DNA of 63,276 nt, counting the filler. It is 21 parts of 21 records of this genome, joined end to end, with 100 filler letters (N's around TTAATTAATTAA, not from the genome) between each part and the next. Parts side by side here need not be neighbours in the genome. Positions count along the whole stretch, not along the records: positions 31,705 to 34,977 come from SRR36015645_69226; positions 35,078 to 37,420 come from SRR36015645_69306; positions 37,521 to 39,626 come from SRR36015645_69363; positions 39,727 to 43,003 come from SRR36015645_69401; positions 43,104 to 47,328 come from SRR36015645_69568; 16 more parts are not named here. One strand, given 5' to 3'. Positions 32,049 through 44,344 of this stretch are shown here, one piece after another. Numbering within the stretch: the stretch's first letter is position 1; the number at the start of each line of letters is the position of its first letter. The translations under genes were made by a program, and so were the position numbers. Below the pieces are notes generated by a model. The model saw only the letters and a program-made list of their open reading frames with translations, had not been told where the DNA came from and did not search any database.

Positions 32049-33893
32049 ATGGGAGGTGCAGGGCCTGTTTCTATTGATTGCGCAGCTATGCTGAATGTTG
32101 ACAATGCGAAAACTGTTGCAAACGGCGTTACTAGCAAGACATACGCTACAATGGTAAAGAAGACTGATACTTCCTTTGCGCATACAGATAGATATAAAGC
32201 AGTTTACATTAGCCTAACCAGTGATGATGAAAGAACAATTCCGCTGCATGTCTATATAAACACTGTAGCAAGCAAAGTAGGCGCAGAGAATATTACTCAT
32301 ACAGCCAAAAGAGGTGGCAAACTTTTTGTTTATTTCACATCTGTTCATTCAGTAGATATTATCACAAGCTCTGGTATAACTGTGAATGATAAATTTAAAG
32401 ATGTACACCGTGCTCAGAGCATATATTCTAGTGTAATTGCCTCGGATGTTTTCCCAGATATTCCTGACTGTGCAATAACTTATATATTTGAAGATCTTGG
32501 TCTTAAAGTTCATAGAATAATACCAGTACCCTGCGGTTTCAAAGACCCCAAATTGAGACATATTATGAGCTTTCGCCGGGAAATCAAGTTTTCTGCCCCT
32601 GGGAGGGATGCATTTAGGCGTATACCACAAGATATGATAGTAAGCTATGGAGAAAATCGCAGTCATAAGATATACCTGTCAGAGCCTGGTAATCCACTCT
32701 GTTTCTTCTGCCATCAGTACGGCCATATCCAGGCTCATTGTATGGAGAAGATGCATCGAATGGAAAACAGACGCCAACACAGAAACCCTGTAAACTTGAT
32801 TCCTTTGGCCAATAAATCACCTTTGGATGACAACAGTGAACAACAACAGATATTACATGTACAGACGGGTAATAAGGAAGGCGCACCCAGCTCACCGAGA
32901 GATACTAATGCAGTTAAAAACACTATTGCGGAAATACGCCAGCTAAAAGCTAATCCTCCAAAGGTAACTACAGTTGCACGAAGCAATAGTGAAGGAAGCC
33001 TACCAAAAAAGGACAAAAGAGAAGCGAGCAAAAATGGTGCTTTCCAAAATGCCACAGCGAGTAAAAAGGGGCAAGAACAAGACGACGGTTTTACATTAGC
33101 AGGTAAAAAGAAAAGGAAAAAAGCAGGCGACAATACCAGCCTAAGCCAAAATACACAGCCAAAACACAGCTATAACTTATACAGTGTACTTGATGAAGTA
33201 ACTGCCTCTTCGGAGTCGGAAAAGTCGGGGAACCCTATAAGGAAGAAATTTTTAAAACAGGCACGAAAATTAAGGAAGCTAGGTATCAGCACGTCAAGTG
33301 AGGAAGCTAACACTAGCAAATCAGCAGACAACATGGACACTAGTTTGTCACGTGCCTTGGATTTCAATGACTCTGTGCTGAATGAACCTGATGTAGAGGC
33401 AATGGTTATAGATGAGGCCGACAAGGGTAATAATGAAAGGCAAAACGCAAAGAAAGGTAGCAGCGTTGCCATTACATCTGAATTTACTCCGAGTCAAACA
33501 GGTGCATGTAACATAGAAGAGCTACCTGACGAAGGGGAAAGAGTCAGTACACAAGATATTAACTCACTGACGGCAGAGGATGAAATGGATGGCATGCCAT
33601 TAACTAATGAGCAAATCCGTCTACTTTTGCAAGAAACAAAATACAAGAAGAGGGATGAGTGCCTACGAATTGCAAACAAGTATAGCAATGATGTCCCTGG
33701 AATATTGGAACAACTGGAGAAGATAGAATCCTGCGGAAAAATCAAACAAGTTACGGCAGTAGTGAACTCCCCAAAATATAGGGCGATCAGCCGTACACGA
33801 AAACAGATAAGCAGTCTAGGAAAGAGATTACGTGGGTCTCTAGGGCAAGAAGAGGATATTTGCTCGGCTGAGCAGAGCGGCGTCAGACCTTGA
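32049..33893 (+). CDS. L1/Tx1-clade ORF1 with CCHC zinc knuckle (frame open from 31728)
   Basis: TYATMVK; RRM-like region; LRHIMSFRR, typical of Tx1-like ORF1; CFFCHQYGHIQAHC. First in-frame ATGs at 32049 and 32088. Confidence 0.75.
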   Translation: MGGAGPVSIDCAAMLNVDNAKTVANGVTSKTYATMVKKTDTSFAHTDRYKAVYISLTSDDERTIPLHVYINTVASKVGAENITHTAKRGGKLFVYFTSVHSVDIITSSGITVNDKFKDVHRAQSIYSSVIASDVFPDIPDCAITYIFEDLGLKVHRIIPVPCGFKDPKLRHIMSFRREIKFSAPGRDAFRRIPQDMIVSYGENRSHKIYLSEPGNPLCFFCHQYGHIQAHCMEKMHRMENRRQHRNPVNLIPLANKSPLDDNSEQQQILHVQTGNKEGAPSSPRDTNAVKNTIAEIRQLKANPPKVTTVARSNSEGSLPKKDKREASKNGAFQNATASKKGQEQDDGFTLAGKKKRKKAGDNTSLSQNTQPKHSYNLYSVLDEVTASSESEKSGNPIRKKFLKQARKLRKLGISTSSEEANTSKSADNMDTSLSRALDFNDSVLNEPDVEAMVIDEADKGNNERQNAKKGSSVAITSEFTPSQTGACNIEELPDEGERVSTQDINSLTAEDEMDGMPLTNEQIRLLLQETKYKKRDECLRIANKYSNDVPGILEQLEKIESCGKIKQVTAVVNSPKYRAISRTRKQISSLGKRLRGSLGQEEDICSAEQSGVRP

Positions 33894-33960
33894 CCTGCTT
33901 AGGTAATGAAGCTCAGAAACCTACAAAGAAAATGTAGGAAAAATATAGCCAAACACCAAC

Positions 33961-34977
33961 ATGTGGACAGCATTAAGTATTAATATTAGAGGACTAAAAA
34001 GACAATCCAAGGCACAGCAATTCATCGAGTATTTGAACAACGAGAATGCTGACATAATCTTTATACAGGAAACTAATCTGATTACAGATCAAGACAAATT
34101 CTTTTGGAATAAGCAAAGATACACGTTCAACTTTTTCTCGTTGCCACATAGATTTACGGGTGTAGGCTTTGCAATAAAAAACTGTAGTAAAATATCGATT
34201 CAAACCATAGAAGAAATTGTTCCTGGCTATCTTATGCATGTCAGATTTGAAGAATCTGGTCATTTGTACGATGCCTTCAATGTCCTTATGCCCCAGAATG
34301 ATAATATTGCACAGGATGTAGCTGCAACCTTGGACACACATATAGAAGAATGCGAAAATCCAAATTTGATTCTTTGTGGCGACTGGAATGTCACATTACA
34401 ACCAAGAAAAGACAGACATAACAATAACAATGAAAGAAGGCAACGATTAAAGAATGCTGTCCACAATGTTGTTACAAAGTACAGACTCACTGACATATGG
34501 CGAGCCCAGAACCCAGATACACAAAGGTATACGTGGGAGTCTACAAGACATGGTGAGCCACTGCGAGCACGTCTTGATCGATTTTATATATCTAATACTG
34601 TTAGGCAAGCAGTATTTTCGTCCAGTATAGTATCCTGTACCCTATCTGACCATGATGCAGTGAAGATCTCAGTAAATAGCATCAAACAGAAAAATAGAGC
34701 ACCATTCTGGAAATTTAACAATTCTCTTTTGAATGACCGAACATTTTGTGCTCTGGTGACTAACTTTATTGAAGAATGGGTGGGGCGTAAAGAAGAATAT
34801 GAAGATATAAGCATCTGGTGGGATGCGTTCAAAACCCAAGTCAAGGCTCTATCTATATCCTACAGTATTGACAAAGCCAGAACAGAAAGACGGGAGATAA
34901 CAACGTTACAGAATGAAGTTAATAACCTAATGTCAACCCTGCACGAAGAGAATGACAACACAAATCATCTGGTGAAC
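33961..34977 (+). CDS. L1/Tx1-clade ORF2 APE endonuclease (3' truncated)
   Basis: SINIRGL, IQET, GVG, GDWN, DIWR, YTW, RLDRFY, SDH, FWKFNNSLL, WWD.FK. Confidence 0.9.
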
Positions 34978-35110
34978 NNNNNNNNNNNNNNNNNNNNNNN
35001 NNNNNNNNNNNNNNNNNNNNNTTAATTAATTAANNNNNNNNNNNNNNNNNNNNNNNNNNNNNNNNNNNNNNNNNNNNCAAGATGGCCGCCATTTCCATTG
35101 ACCGATAGAC

Positions 35111-37420
35111 ATGGATCCAAATGATTTGTCTTGCATATACTCAACCCTCGCGTTTGTCTGTTCCCATGCAGTCAAATACAATGCCACACCAGTCATAACA
35201 TTTGACCAACCACTGTGGTGGACGGCAAACTTGATTGTGGAGAATGAACCAGAAAGTAGCGCTTTGCACTATGTAGTAGTCCGCCTTGGAGGGTTCCACA
35301 TTGAAATGAGTTACCTTGGCTGCATAGGTCACTTGATGAGTGGATCCGGCCTGCGAAACGGCCTTGAACTGGTCTATGCCAACAATGCAGTTGGACATAT
35401 GCTATCTGGCAAAGCAGTAGCTCGAGCCGTGAGGGGACACCTGCTCACAAATGCGGCTCTCAATGCATTACTGACTGCAAGAGTACTAGACATGGACATC
35501 CCAACTGAAGACGATCGACAGGAGTCAGCGACACCAACAGTGCCACTACATGTTGCCAGTGAGACCAATGAGACCATCCCACCAGACGAAGCAATGCCGC
35601 TACATGTTGCCAGTGAGACTGATGAAACCATCCCACCAGACGAAACAATGCCGCTACATGTTCCTAGTGTATCTCGCCAGACCATCTCGCCAGATGATGA
35701 TGATATTCAAAAACTGACAGAACTGATGGGTAGTTTGTTGACCGGATCAGTAACAGTTGCCGAGGTTGAGTCAAATGAGGTGCTCATCAGGTTTGGAGAA
35801 AACTTGGACAAAGAAAAAAATACTCTTCGACCTCTGAAGACGTCTAAGCTCTGGATGCAATACCTGGACATGGTTGATCTACTACGAAACTTTATCAAAG
35901 GAGAAAGAACGGGGAACTGGGAACTCCATATGCAAAGTCTCTATGATATGTTGCCTTATTTTGCAGCAACTGGGCATAACATGTACTTGAAGTCAGTTCA
36001 CCTGTACTTACAGAAAATGTCTAAATTGCAGGAACAACACCCCCAGGTATACAAACACTTCTCAGATGGACTTCATGTCATTCGTCGCTCAGACAGGCCT
36101 TGGGCTGGTTTGTCTACAGATTTGATCATCGAACAGTGTCTGATGCGCAGTGTGAAAATGACTGGTGGGTTAACAAGAGGTAGAGGTATGACTGAAATGC
36201 AACGTCTTGTATGGGTCCTTTCAACTCCAGCATGTGCCGAGATGAACAATGCCATGCAGGAATTCACCGCCGTGCAATATACAACAAGCGAACAACACAA
36301 AGACTCCACATCAGCAAGGATGAAAAAAGACGCCACTGATACTCAAGCCATATTGCAGTACCTAGCACAAAGAAATCCTTTCTGCAATGAACCCTCATTT
36401 CGGAACATTGCCACTGGTGTACTAGCTGACTCTACAGTAACTGCATGTGACGCAAAGGAGATAGGAGAGAAAATCCAAGAAGGTATGGAGGGACAAGCAG
36501 TCAGCAGTTATTCTTTCAAGAAGAAAGATCAGGCTGTTACAATGGATGTCAAGTCAACTGTGAAGATTCGTGATGAAGAGGTGCAAGTAGATGGCCAACT
36601 CATCTTTCAGCGTCTGGTGGCTGCTGGCACAAGATGTGATGAATTATCATCTGTCTTCAGCTTTGAGCTATGCACCTACCCGCCTGCTCTTTTTCAGTCC
36701 AAATATGCCATGAGACCAGCCAACAAAGCTACCCTAGCAGATGCCTTATGGACATCAGAAGTTGCAGATTCCCCAGGACCAACTGGTGATGTGCAGTACA
36801 TTCTCGACGGAGGAGCTCTACTGCATCGTATTCCGTGGACAAAAGGTGCTACATGGGAAAGCATTTGCACTCAGTATACAAACTACGTAGCACGCAGATA
36901 TGGGAAGGCTGTGATAGTATTCGACGGCTACACAGATGACCCAAGCACCAAGGACAGCACACATTTAAGAAGAAATGGTGGTTCCATAGCATCTGATGTG
37001 CAATTCACCAGCACCATGGCACTCCAGACGAGAAAAGACGAGTTTCTTAGCAATAAGAATAACAAGCAACGTTTTATCCATATGCTCTCTCGTCGCCTAG
37101 AGCAAACAGGTTGTGATGTGCACCACGCTAAAGGGGACGCGGATCTACTCATTGTGCAAACAACCATCGCTTCTTCAGCAACACATAACACAGTCCTCAT
37201 TGGTGAAGATACAGACCTCCTCGTACTTCTGTGCCATCACTCCAGAAACACGAGCCACGACATCTTCTTCACATCTGAACAAAAGGTAAATGCACGGAAA
37301 CCACCACGTTGCTGGAACATCAGAAACACAAGATCCGTGTTGGGAGATGACGTTTGTGAAAATATCCTCTTCGTGCATGCAATACTTGGGTGCGACACAA
37401 CTTCTGGGGTGTTTGGTATC
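35111..37420 (+). CDS. Third Academ transposase-XPG fragment (both ends missing)
   Basis: ITFDQPLW, RLGGFH, DLIIEQ, ILDGG, VFDGY, GDAD, EDTD, HAILGCDT. Confidence 0.8.
35541..35700 (+). repeat. In-frame 54-bp tandem repeat (~3 copies) within the Academ ORF
   Basis: Units start at 35541, 35595 and 35649, encoding PLHVASET(N/D)ETIPPDE(A/T)M. Confidence 0.9.
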
Positions 37421-37668
37421 NNNNNNNNNNNNNNNNNNNNNNNNNNNNNNNNNNNNNNNNNNNNTTAATTAATTAANNNNNNNNNNNNNNNNNNNNNNNN
37501 NNNNNNNNNNNNNNNNNNNNCTATTTTTTTCCCCTATTTCGGACCCTGGTCACGGGTGGGCTGTGCTGAGGTCAGGGGTGTCAATTTTCATGATTTTCTC
37601 CATAAAATGGCATGACGTCATTGTTGAATGACCCCCAATTGTTTCATTTTCTAGTTTCGGTTTCGGAA

Positions 37669-39528
37669 ATGAATTCACACTCATTTTACCGGCCTCCTCA
37701 GACTACTAGGCATTTGAGGTACTTTGTCTCTCAAGCTATCCCTGATGATGGCAATGTCAGTGAAGATGAACAATTTGAAAATGATAGTGAAGAAGGTGAT
37801 ATAGATGAAGACAGGGACAGTGACCGTGATTCTTCATCCGATTCTGATTCTGAAGCAGGTGACCATGGTAACGGTGACATGGGTGAGATGGATATTGATC
37901 ATGACACTGTTGAGCAGACAATCAACAGGGTTGCTGATGGTGCTGGTGACATTCCGATAAATCAGCCAGTTGACGAAATGCCGGAATGGAGTTCGGACAA
38001 TATCCGGGGTAATAAACCATTTCCAGAATTTCAAGGCGAACATGGCCCAAGCGTCATTCTAGATGAAAATGCAAGCCCTATAGACTTTTTAGACTTGACG
38101 TTTCCATTATCTTTATGGCGCATGATACTTTCAGAGACTGTGAGATATGGAGATTCAAGGCCGACATCAAAGCTCGGTGACTTGACTTTACAAGAATTGA
38201 AAGCATTCGTTGGGATAATGCTTGCGATGGGAATACATAAACTTCCAAGAATGCGAAACTACTGGGAAGCTCACTGGGTGTTGAAGGTTCCGCAGTTTGC
38301 TCAAGTATTTCCCCGTGACCGCTTCGAAGCTATTTGGCGTGATTTGCATTGCTGCAACAATGACAATGCTTTGCCGAGAGAGCACCCCGATCACGATAAA
38401 CTATTCAAAGTGCGGAAGATAATTACAACTTTGAACAGGACATTTCAAGAATGTTTTTCGCTCGGTCAAGCTGCATCAGTCGATGAGAGCATGGTTCGGT
38501 TCAAAGGGCGTTCGTCGATGAAAATGTTCATGCCAATGAAACCCATCAAAAGGGGCTTCAAAGTGTGGGGAGTTAGTTGTCCTTGTTGTGCGTACCTGTA
38601 CAAATTTCAAGTGTACACTGGAGCTGTGATCGGTGAAACGGAAATTGGCCTCGGTCACCGAGTGGTGCGTGATTTAGCATTGCCTGAAATGTCAGGCAAG
38701 AACCACATTGTCTGTTGTGACAATTTTTTCACATGTTTGCCACTCATACGTGAATTGCGCGAAAATGACATATTTCTTGTCGGCACATTCCGTTTTCGGC
38801 TGAAAGGAATGCCGAAGGAATTTGACAAAAAATTGCCGGCCGTAAAGAAACTGGCAAGAGGACAGTCAATGTTCCGTTGTCATCCGGACAGAGAAACTGT
38901 GGCGTATGTTTGGAAGGATTCTAAACCAGTGCATGTTATGTCAAACATACACAATCCGGATACTGTTTCGCATGCAATGCGGCGGCTGAAGGATGGCACG
39001 CGGCAGGAGTTTACATGTCCAGAGGCACTTACATTTTATTCCGCGAGCATGGGTGGCGTTGACCTGCTGGATTTCAAAAAGGCGAGTTATGGATTTAACA
39101 GGAAGTCAAAGCGGTGGTGGTTTAGACTCTTCTGGCACTTTGTTGATTTGGCTGTGGTGAATGCACATATTTTGTACACTTGCAGCTACAAACACAACTG
39201 GCACCCGCCACGTAAATACGCCCCATTGGACCAGCTGCGCTTCCGATGCCAACTCATCGATCAGTTAGTGAATCATTTCACAGCTCGGAAAGAACGCGGG
39301 GCACCTGTGAACACCCCACTTGTGGCCACAATTTCTAGTGGCCATGACATGATCGATATCCGTACTGTTCGACTGGACAACAATGAACTCATGAAGTCCG
39401 GGCGCTGTCAACACTGCAGCACATATCGAATACGGAAAGAAACGCAGTTCGGTTGCCCAAAGTGCAAAGTGCGTCTCTGCCCAAACCAGTGCTGGGTAGC
39501 ATTCCATCGGGCTCTCCTCCCACAGTGA
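37669..39528 (+). CDS. piggyBac transposase (PGBD4-like), intact ORF (alternative start 37612)
   Basis: Acidic N-terminus; SVDESM, KPIKRGFK, CDNFF, MGGVDLLD, KRWW; C-terminal CQHC...CPKC...LC...CW..FH. Confidence 0.92.
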   Translation: MNSHSFYRPPQTTRHLRYFVSQAIPDDGNVSEDEQFENDSEEGDIDEDRDSDRDSSSDSDSEAGDHGNGDMGEMDIDHDTVEQTINRVADGAGDIPINQPVDEMPEWSSDNIRGNKPFPEFQGEHGPSVILDENASPIDFLDLTFPLSLWRMILSETVRYGDSRPTSKLGDLTLQELKAFVGIMLAMGIHKLPRMRNYWEAHWVLKVPQFAQVFPRDRFEAIWRDLHCCNNDNALPREHPDHDKLFKVRKIITTLNRTFQECFSLGQAASVDESMVRFKGRSSMKMFMPMKPIKRGFKVWGVSCPCCAYLYKFQVYTGAVIGETEIGLGHRVVRDLALPEMSGKNHIVCCDNFFTCLPLIRELRENDIFLVGTFRFRLKGMPKEFDKKLPAVKKLARGQSMFRCHPDRETVAYVWKDSKPVHVMSNIHNPDTVSHAMRRLKDGTRQEFTCPEALTFYSASMGGVDLLDFKKASYGFNRKSKRWWFRLFWHFVDLAVVNAHILYTCSYKHNWHPPRKYAPLDQLRFRCQLIDQLVNHFTARKERGAPVNTPLVATISSGHDMIDIRTVRLDNNELMKSGRCQHCSTYRIRKETQFGCPKCKVRLCPNQCWVAFHRALLPQ

Positions 39529-39730
39529 GGGTAAGTATAGATAAATTGTAAAATGCATGTTTACACCATTAGGCCTGTAAGAATGTGACCTGTACAGTCT
39601 GTCACCTCTACCGGTATAATAGTAAANNNNNNNNNNNNNNNNNNNNNNNNNNNNNNNNNNNNNNNNNNNNTTAATTAATTAANNNNNNNNNNNNNNNNNN
39701 NNNNNNNNNNNNNNNNNNNNNNNNNNTAAA

Positions 39731-40933
39731 ATGTCTTCCAGTAGCTTTTCTGCTGGCGTTACTTCCACGTTAGCTATGCCCCAAGACCCACTGTCTTATG
39801 CGGAACCGCTTAGACCGGTAACAAGCGCCGGGTGCTACACAAGCAATGTGCCTAGCTACACAGTTACGCCACCAGTGGATAGTACTCAACTGCAGAATAA
39901 CACGCGCCCTATGTATCAAAACCTTTATGTAAACCAACCACCGATTGTAAGATCGCTACCTTTGCCAGCATCTGTAACCTATACCATTCCTACCTGCAGT
40001 CACTCACATTTACCGGCTACTGCCACCTTAGTGCCTGACAGGCCTAGTCTATCGTCGTTAGTTAGTATGACAGGCCACTTAGCGGGTGGGTATGTGCCTG
40101 GGGCTTGTCTACAAGCGACAACTGGTCACTTGGAGCCCATTCCGTCTAACTATGCTGTTGGCACCCTTCCCGGGCCTACTGCTGCCCACGATGCGGACAT
40201 ACCATCAATGCAGGCTATTAAGGCAAAGTGTGGTAATGAAGCTGATGCTTGGCTACAGGATATTCTAAGACACAATGTCCAAGTAGGCGCCGATAGCCAA
40301 GGTAACTTTAAAACCTTCAAATTAAAATCGGGTTCAGAAACAACTGGCAAAGACCAAATTGTCAAAATTCTAAGGTGGCCTCACAAGGAGGTTAAAGATA
40401 TAGGTACTACAACTAATATGAAATTTAAAGACATTAGTATGTTTCAGTTAGTAGCTGGTGAGTTGGAAATTATTACAGATAATAAATTCCCTGTATCACA
40501 GCTGGAAATTTCCGGCAGACTAGAGCTGTTAAAAGAAACCATGTATTATTCCATGCTGCACGGGTTCGAACCTGCGCGAGAGTACTACAGAAAATCTTGT
40601 GTACGCATAGAAGAGGGCAAATCAGAGTGGGGTGATAGTTTTGACACAGTGGCCAAATGGACATTCACAACCCCGCAGCAAACACTGGGTAAAGACGTAC
40701 CAAAAGCCCGTACAAATGTTCCCGGTTATGCCAGCGGCCCTACAGCTTTGCAGAGTAACTATTCAAATACTGTATGCAAATTTTACAACAGCGTACAAAA
40801 GTGTAGGTATGAAAAGTCGGGCGACTGTAGAAAAATGCATATATGCAGTACCTGCGCCACTTCGGGAAAAGTGTCATTCCACTCGGCCTGCTCTAATGAT
40901 TGTACAAGACAACTGTTGTCACAAAATAGTTGA
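39731..40933 (+). CDS. gag: Gag-like ORF1 of a YR (Ngaro-like) retrotransposon, probably 5' truncated
   Basis: KLKSG...RWPH, FQLVAGELEII, CKFYN...C......C...HIC..C......H.....C. Confidence 0.82.
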   Translation: MSSSSFSAGVTSTLAMPQDPLSYAEPLRPVTSAGCYTSNVPSYTVTPPVDSTQLQNNTRPMYQNLYVNQPPIVRSLPLPASVTYTIPTCSHSHLPATATLVPDRPSLSSLVSMTGHLAGGYVPGACLQATTGHLEPIPSNYAVGTLPGPTAAHDADIPSMQAIKAKCGNEADAWLQDILRHNVQVGADSQGNFKTFKLKSGSETTGKDQIVKILRWPHKEVKDIGTTTNMKFKDISMFQLVAGELEIITDNKFPVSQLEISGRLELLKETMYYSMLHGFEPAREYYRKSCVRIEEGKSEWGDSFDTVAKWTFTTPQQTLGKDVPKARTNVPGYASGPTALQSNYSNTVCKFYNSVQKCRYEKSGDCRKMHICSTCATSGKVSFHSACSNDCTRQLLSQNS

Positions 40934-43003
40934 CTAAGTAAAGCACGTGTTCGGAACCCTCGGCCTTTTACGAAACCAACATGTAAACGTGGCCAGGCTA
41001 CTAATATTACACAACCTTCTTTTGTCGAAGGCTCTATGCAGCCACCAGTATTTAATCACATTCAGTTGCCACAAAGACCAAAACGCCAGACGCGCTTACG
41101 ACTTCAACCTGCACCTGCTGCTAACACCCAGTTTCAGACTGCCGCGCCTGCTTCACTGATTATGGATCAGGAAGAGAGCAGTTTGCCAGTGCCGAAATTA
41201 CCCCGCGCATCTGACATTTTAGAAAAAGTCGTATTACAGTTCCCAGGTATTGGGTGCGAAACAACGGGCCAGCGCACTAACGATTACAATTCTCAGCCTA
41301 ACTTTAGGCAGTCGTTGACGTCGTTTGCGGCACAGCTCATTGCAATATCAGTTATACTAATTTCTACGCTGTACAGTATCGGAGGCGATAGACTGCATTT
41401 GTCCGGTGCAATGTCAGTTAATGATTTACATTCGACCATATTTGGCTCAGGGTTTTATAACTTTGAACACTGCCGCATACCGCTGCACACCAACCTCCAT
41501 ATCCAGCGATGGAAGGAATTATTAATTAATTACCATGACAGGGATATAGTAAAGCACCTCGAATACGGTTGGCCTGTAGGTTACACGTTAAATGAACCGC
41601 CGGTTTCTGTGCTTAAGAATCATACTTCGTCCATAAATTACGAATATGCTGTTGACGAATACATAGCTAAAGAATTACATTTAGGCGCCCTGTGCGGACC
41701 ATTTGATAAAAATCCCTTGAACACACCTCTTAGGATATCCCCGCTGCAGACGGTTAGCAAAAAATCTAGCAGTCCTTGTTTGTTGCCGGCGAGAAGGATC
41801 GTGGTTGATTTGTCATTCCCACCCGGGAAATCTGTTAACGACGGCGTGCCTAAAGAAACTTACCTCGGGAGCTCAATTAAGCTTACTTACCCAACAGTAG
41901 ACGCATTTAGTGAACTAATAATTAGACACGGAAAAGGGTCCCTTATGTTTAAGCGCGATCTTAAGCGTGCATACAGACAATTTCGGATAGACCCGCATGA
42001 TTTACACCTTCAAGGCTTTATGTGGCGCAATAAGATTTTTATAGATTTAGCGCTAATGTTCGGGTCCCGGATGTCAGCCATGGCTTGTCAACGCATTACA
42101 AATGCAATAACTTTTATGCTCTCTCAGGCGGGCCATAGCAACGTGTTGAACTATGTCGATGATTTCTTTGGCGTGAATACACCTTATAAGGCACAAGAAG
42201 CTTACGCCAAATTGAGCGATTTACTTAATGAACTAGGCCTCGAGGAGTCTGTTGAAAAAGCGCAGCCTCCCTGCACACGCATTGAGGTGTTAGGTGTTTG
42301 GTTTGACACTATTAAAATGACACGCGAAGTTACAAAAGAAAGACTGGCCGAGTTGAAAAGTCTAACTGAAACGTGGCTGCAGAAGCGAAAAGGCACAAAA
42401 CGCGAGTTGCAAAGTTTATTAGGAAAACTGATGTTTGTATCTAACTGCGTAAGGCCATCCAGGGTATTTACTGCGAGGCTCTTGAACAAGTTGAAATCGT
42501 TAAATAGAAACTCTCATCACTTTCGATGCAATGAAGAATTCAAACGCGATATAGTTTGGTGGAACAAGTTTCTTCACCAATATAATGGTGTTTCTCTTAT
42601 CCCTGGCGAAAATTGGTCAGATCCGGATGACGTTTTTCAGAGTGATAGCTGCCTTACAGGCTGCGGTGCTGTGTATAATGACGAGGCATTTCATTGCGAA
42701 TTTCCTGAGAGTATCAGGGCTCTTGGCCTATGCATAAATTCTCTGGAGTTGCTTGCAATTATAGTTGCAATTAAACTTTGGGGCCACAAATGGCGTGGAA
42801 AGCAAATCATAATTAATTGTGACAACCAGGTGTCCGTGCATGTAATAAACTCGGGCAAGTCGAACACTACCTTCTTGCAAAAATGCGCGAGGGAAATTAT
42901 CTACTATCAATCTGTATACAATTTTGAGTTGCATGCATCTCATCTCCCCGGCTGCGAAAATCGCGCGGCCGACGCTCTCAGCAGGTATCATATTGATAAA
43001 AAA
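40934..43003 (+). CDS. pol: YR-retrotransposon pol (RT + RNase H), in frame with gag, 3' truncated
   Basis: No stop between the gag TGA and ATG 41036. RT motifs RIVVDLSFP, DLKRAYRQ, LMFG, YVDD, LGV. RNase H motifs SDSC, ELLA, CDN, N..ADALSR. Confidence 0.9.
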
Positions 43004-43199
43004 NNNNNNNNNNNNNNNNNNNNNNNNNNNNNNNNNNNNNNNNNNNNTTAATTAATTAANNNNNNNNNNNNNNNNNNNNNNNNNNNNNNNNNNNNNNNNN
43101 NNNCTGTATGTAGCTATGAAGACCGCAAACCGCCAAAACAAACGGCCAAAAGAAAGAAGATTTGTAATTTCACTGGTAATTTCGTCTTAATATTATAGT

Positions 43200-44204
43200 T
43201 CAACCCGAAAGTTTCAATATGCCTGAACGCATTTTGGTAGTAGCTGAGAAGATTGTTTCGAACGACATGTCTATATATGCTTTATAGCACTCTGACCGCC
43301 AATCCCCCAATCGTTGTATAAGATCGGCAGGAATCCCACAGTTATAGGCCCATGACGCGGCACCACGGCGGAAGGAATGACCAGTGTAAGATTCATGAAT
43401 GTCAGCCTCATGTAAACACTTCCGTAAGAATGTATTGAAAGAAGAATGCGTGATAGGCCTAAACGCAGTCCCCTCTGGTATGACAAACGCAGGCGATCTA
43501 TTATCTACGTTTATCAAAGCACACATGCGTTTAAAGGCAGCTAATGGACATAATGCAGAGCCTGTCATCTCAGGAATCGCAACGTGAACTATCCTACTGA
43601 AATACTGATTAGTTTTCGAATACTTAAATGATACCAATAACCCTGACGAACAACTATTCAAATCACCCCTAGTCAAATGCTTGGCACTGTCAAATTTCGA
43701 TTTAACCGGTGGGACCATGGACGATTTGCGGGACATCGTAAAAAAGGTTATTACAAATAAGCACCAGTAAGCTGCGTGTACAGGATCTGACATATCTAAT
43801 GTTTTAAAAATCCGCAACAGCACTTCAGGCGTGATAGGCAATGCCCTTTTCGCGTTTTTGTTCAAAATTTTACTTAAACCTCTAATGGTGAGTTCCAACT
43901 GGAAACTGTCAAAAGCCGAAATATCAGCTCCACGGATTTTGTGATAAATTTTGACGCTATTCAAATGGTTTTTAATTGTTCCTATTGCACGAACTGATCT
44001 ACTTAAAAACTGGGCGTACAGCTGTAGGGTTTCTGCTGACACTGGACAATACTGGTAGCCATAGAAAATACAAAATATGAAAAACTGTTTAATGTTGGAC
44101 CTAAAATTAGTCCAACTACCTTCGGCATAAGCAGAATCCATAGTTAACTGCAAATCACATAAGAGAGAACGTCTGAACACATCTAAAATTAGCAATAAAT
44201 GCAC
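43200..44204 (-). CDS. Tyrosine recombinase of an Ngaro/DIRS-group retrotransposon
   Basis: Catalytic set R (MSRKS), K (SKTNQ), H-x-x-R (GHSFRRG), GDW, Y (AYI); LCP motif; SAM-like N-terminal domain. Confidence 0.92.
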   Translation of the reverse strand: MHLLLILDVFRRSLLCDLQLTMDSAYAEGSWTNFRSNIKQFFIFCIFYGYQYCPVSAETLQLYAQFLSRSVRAIGTIKNHLNSVKIYHKIRGADISAFDSFQLELTIRGLSKILNKNAKRALPITPEVLLRIFKTLDMSDPVHAAYWCLFVITFFTMSRKSSMVPPVKSKFDSAKHLTRGDLNSCSSGLLVSFKYSKTNQYFSRIVHVAIPEMTGSALCPLAAFKRMCALINVDNRSPAFVIPEGTAFRPITHSSFNTFLRKCLHEADIHESYTGHSFRRGAASWAYNCGIPADLIQRLGDWRSECYKAYIDMSFETIFSATTKMRSGILKLSG

Positions 44205-44344
44205 CCACTAACTAATTAAGTTAAATATAGCCTTAAGAAGCCAGTGAGCATTAAATAACATTATGTACATTTACAGCCAGGACATTACACCTCGACCTCA
44301 AAATGGCCTTGTGCTAGTTGGGCATAAGAACATGATATGCAACT

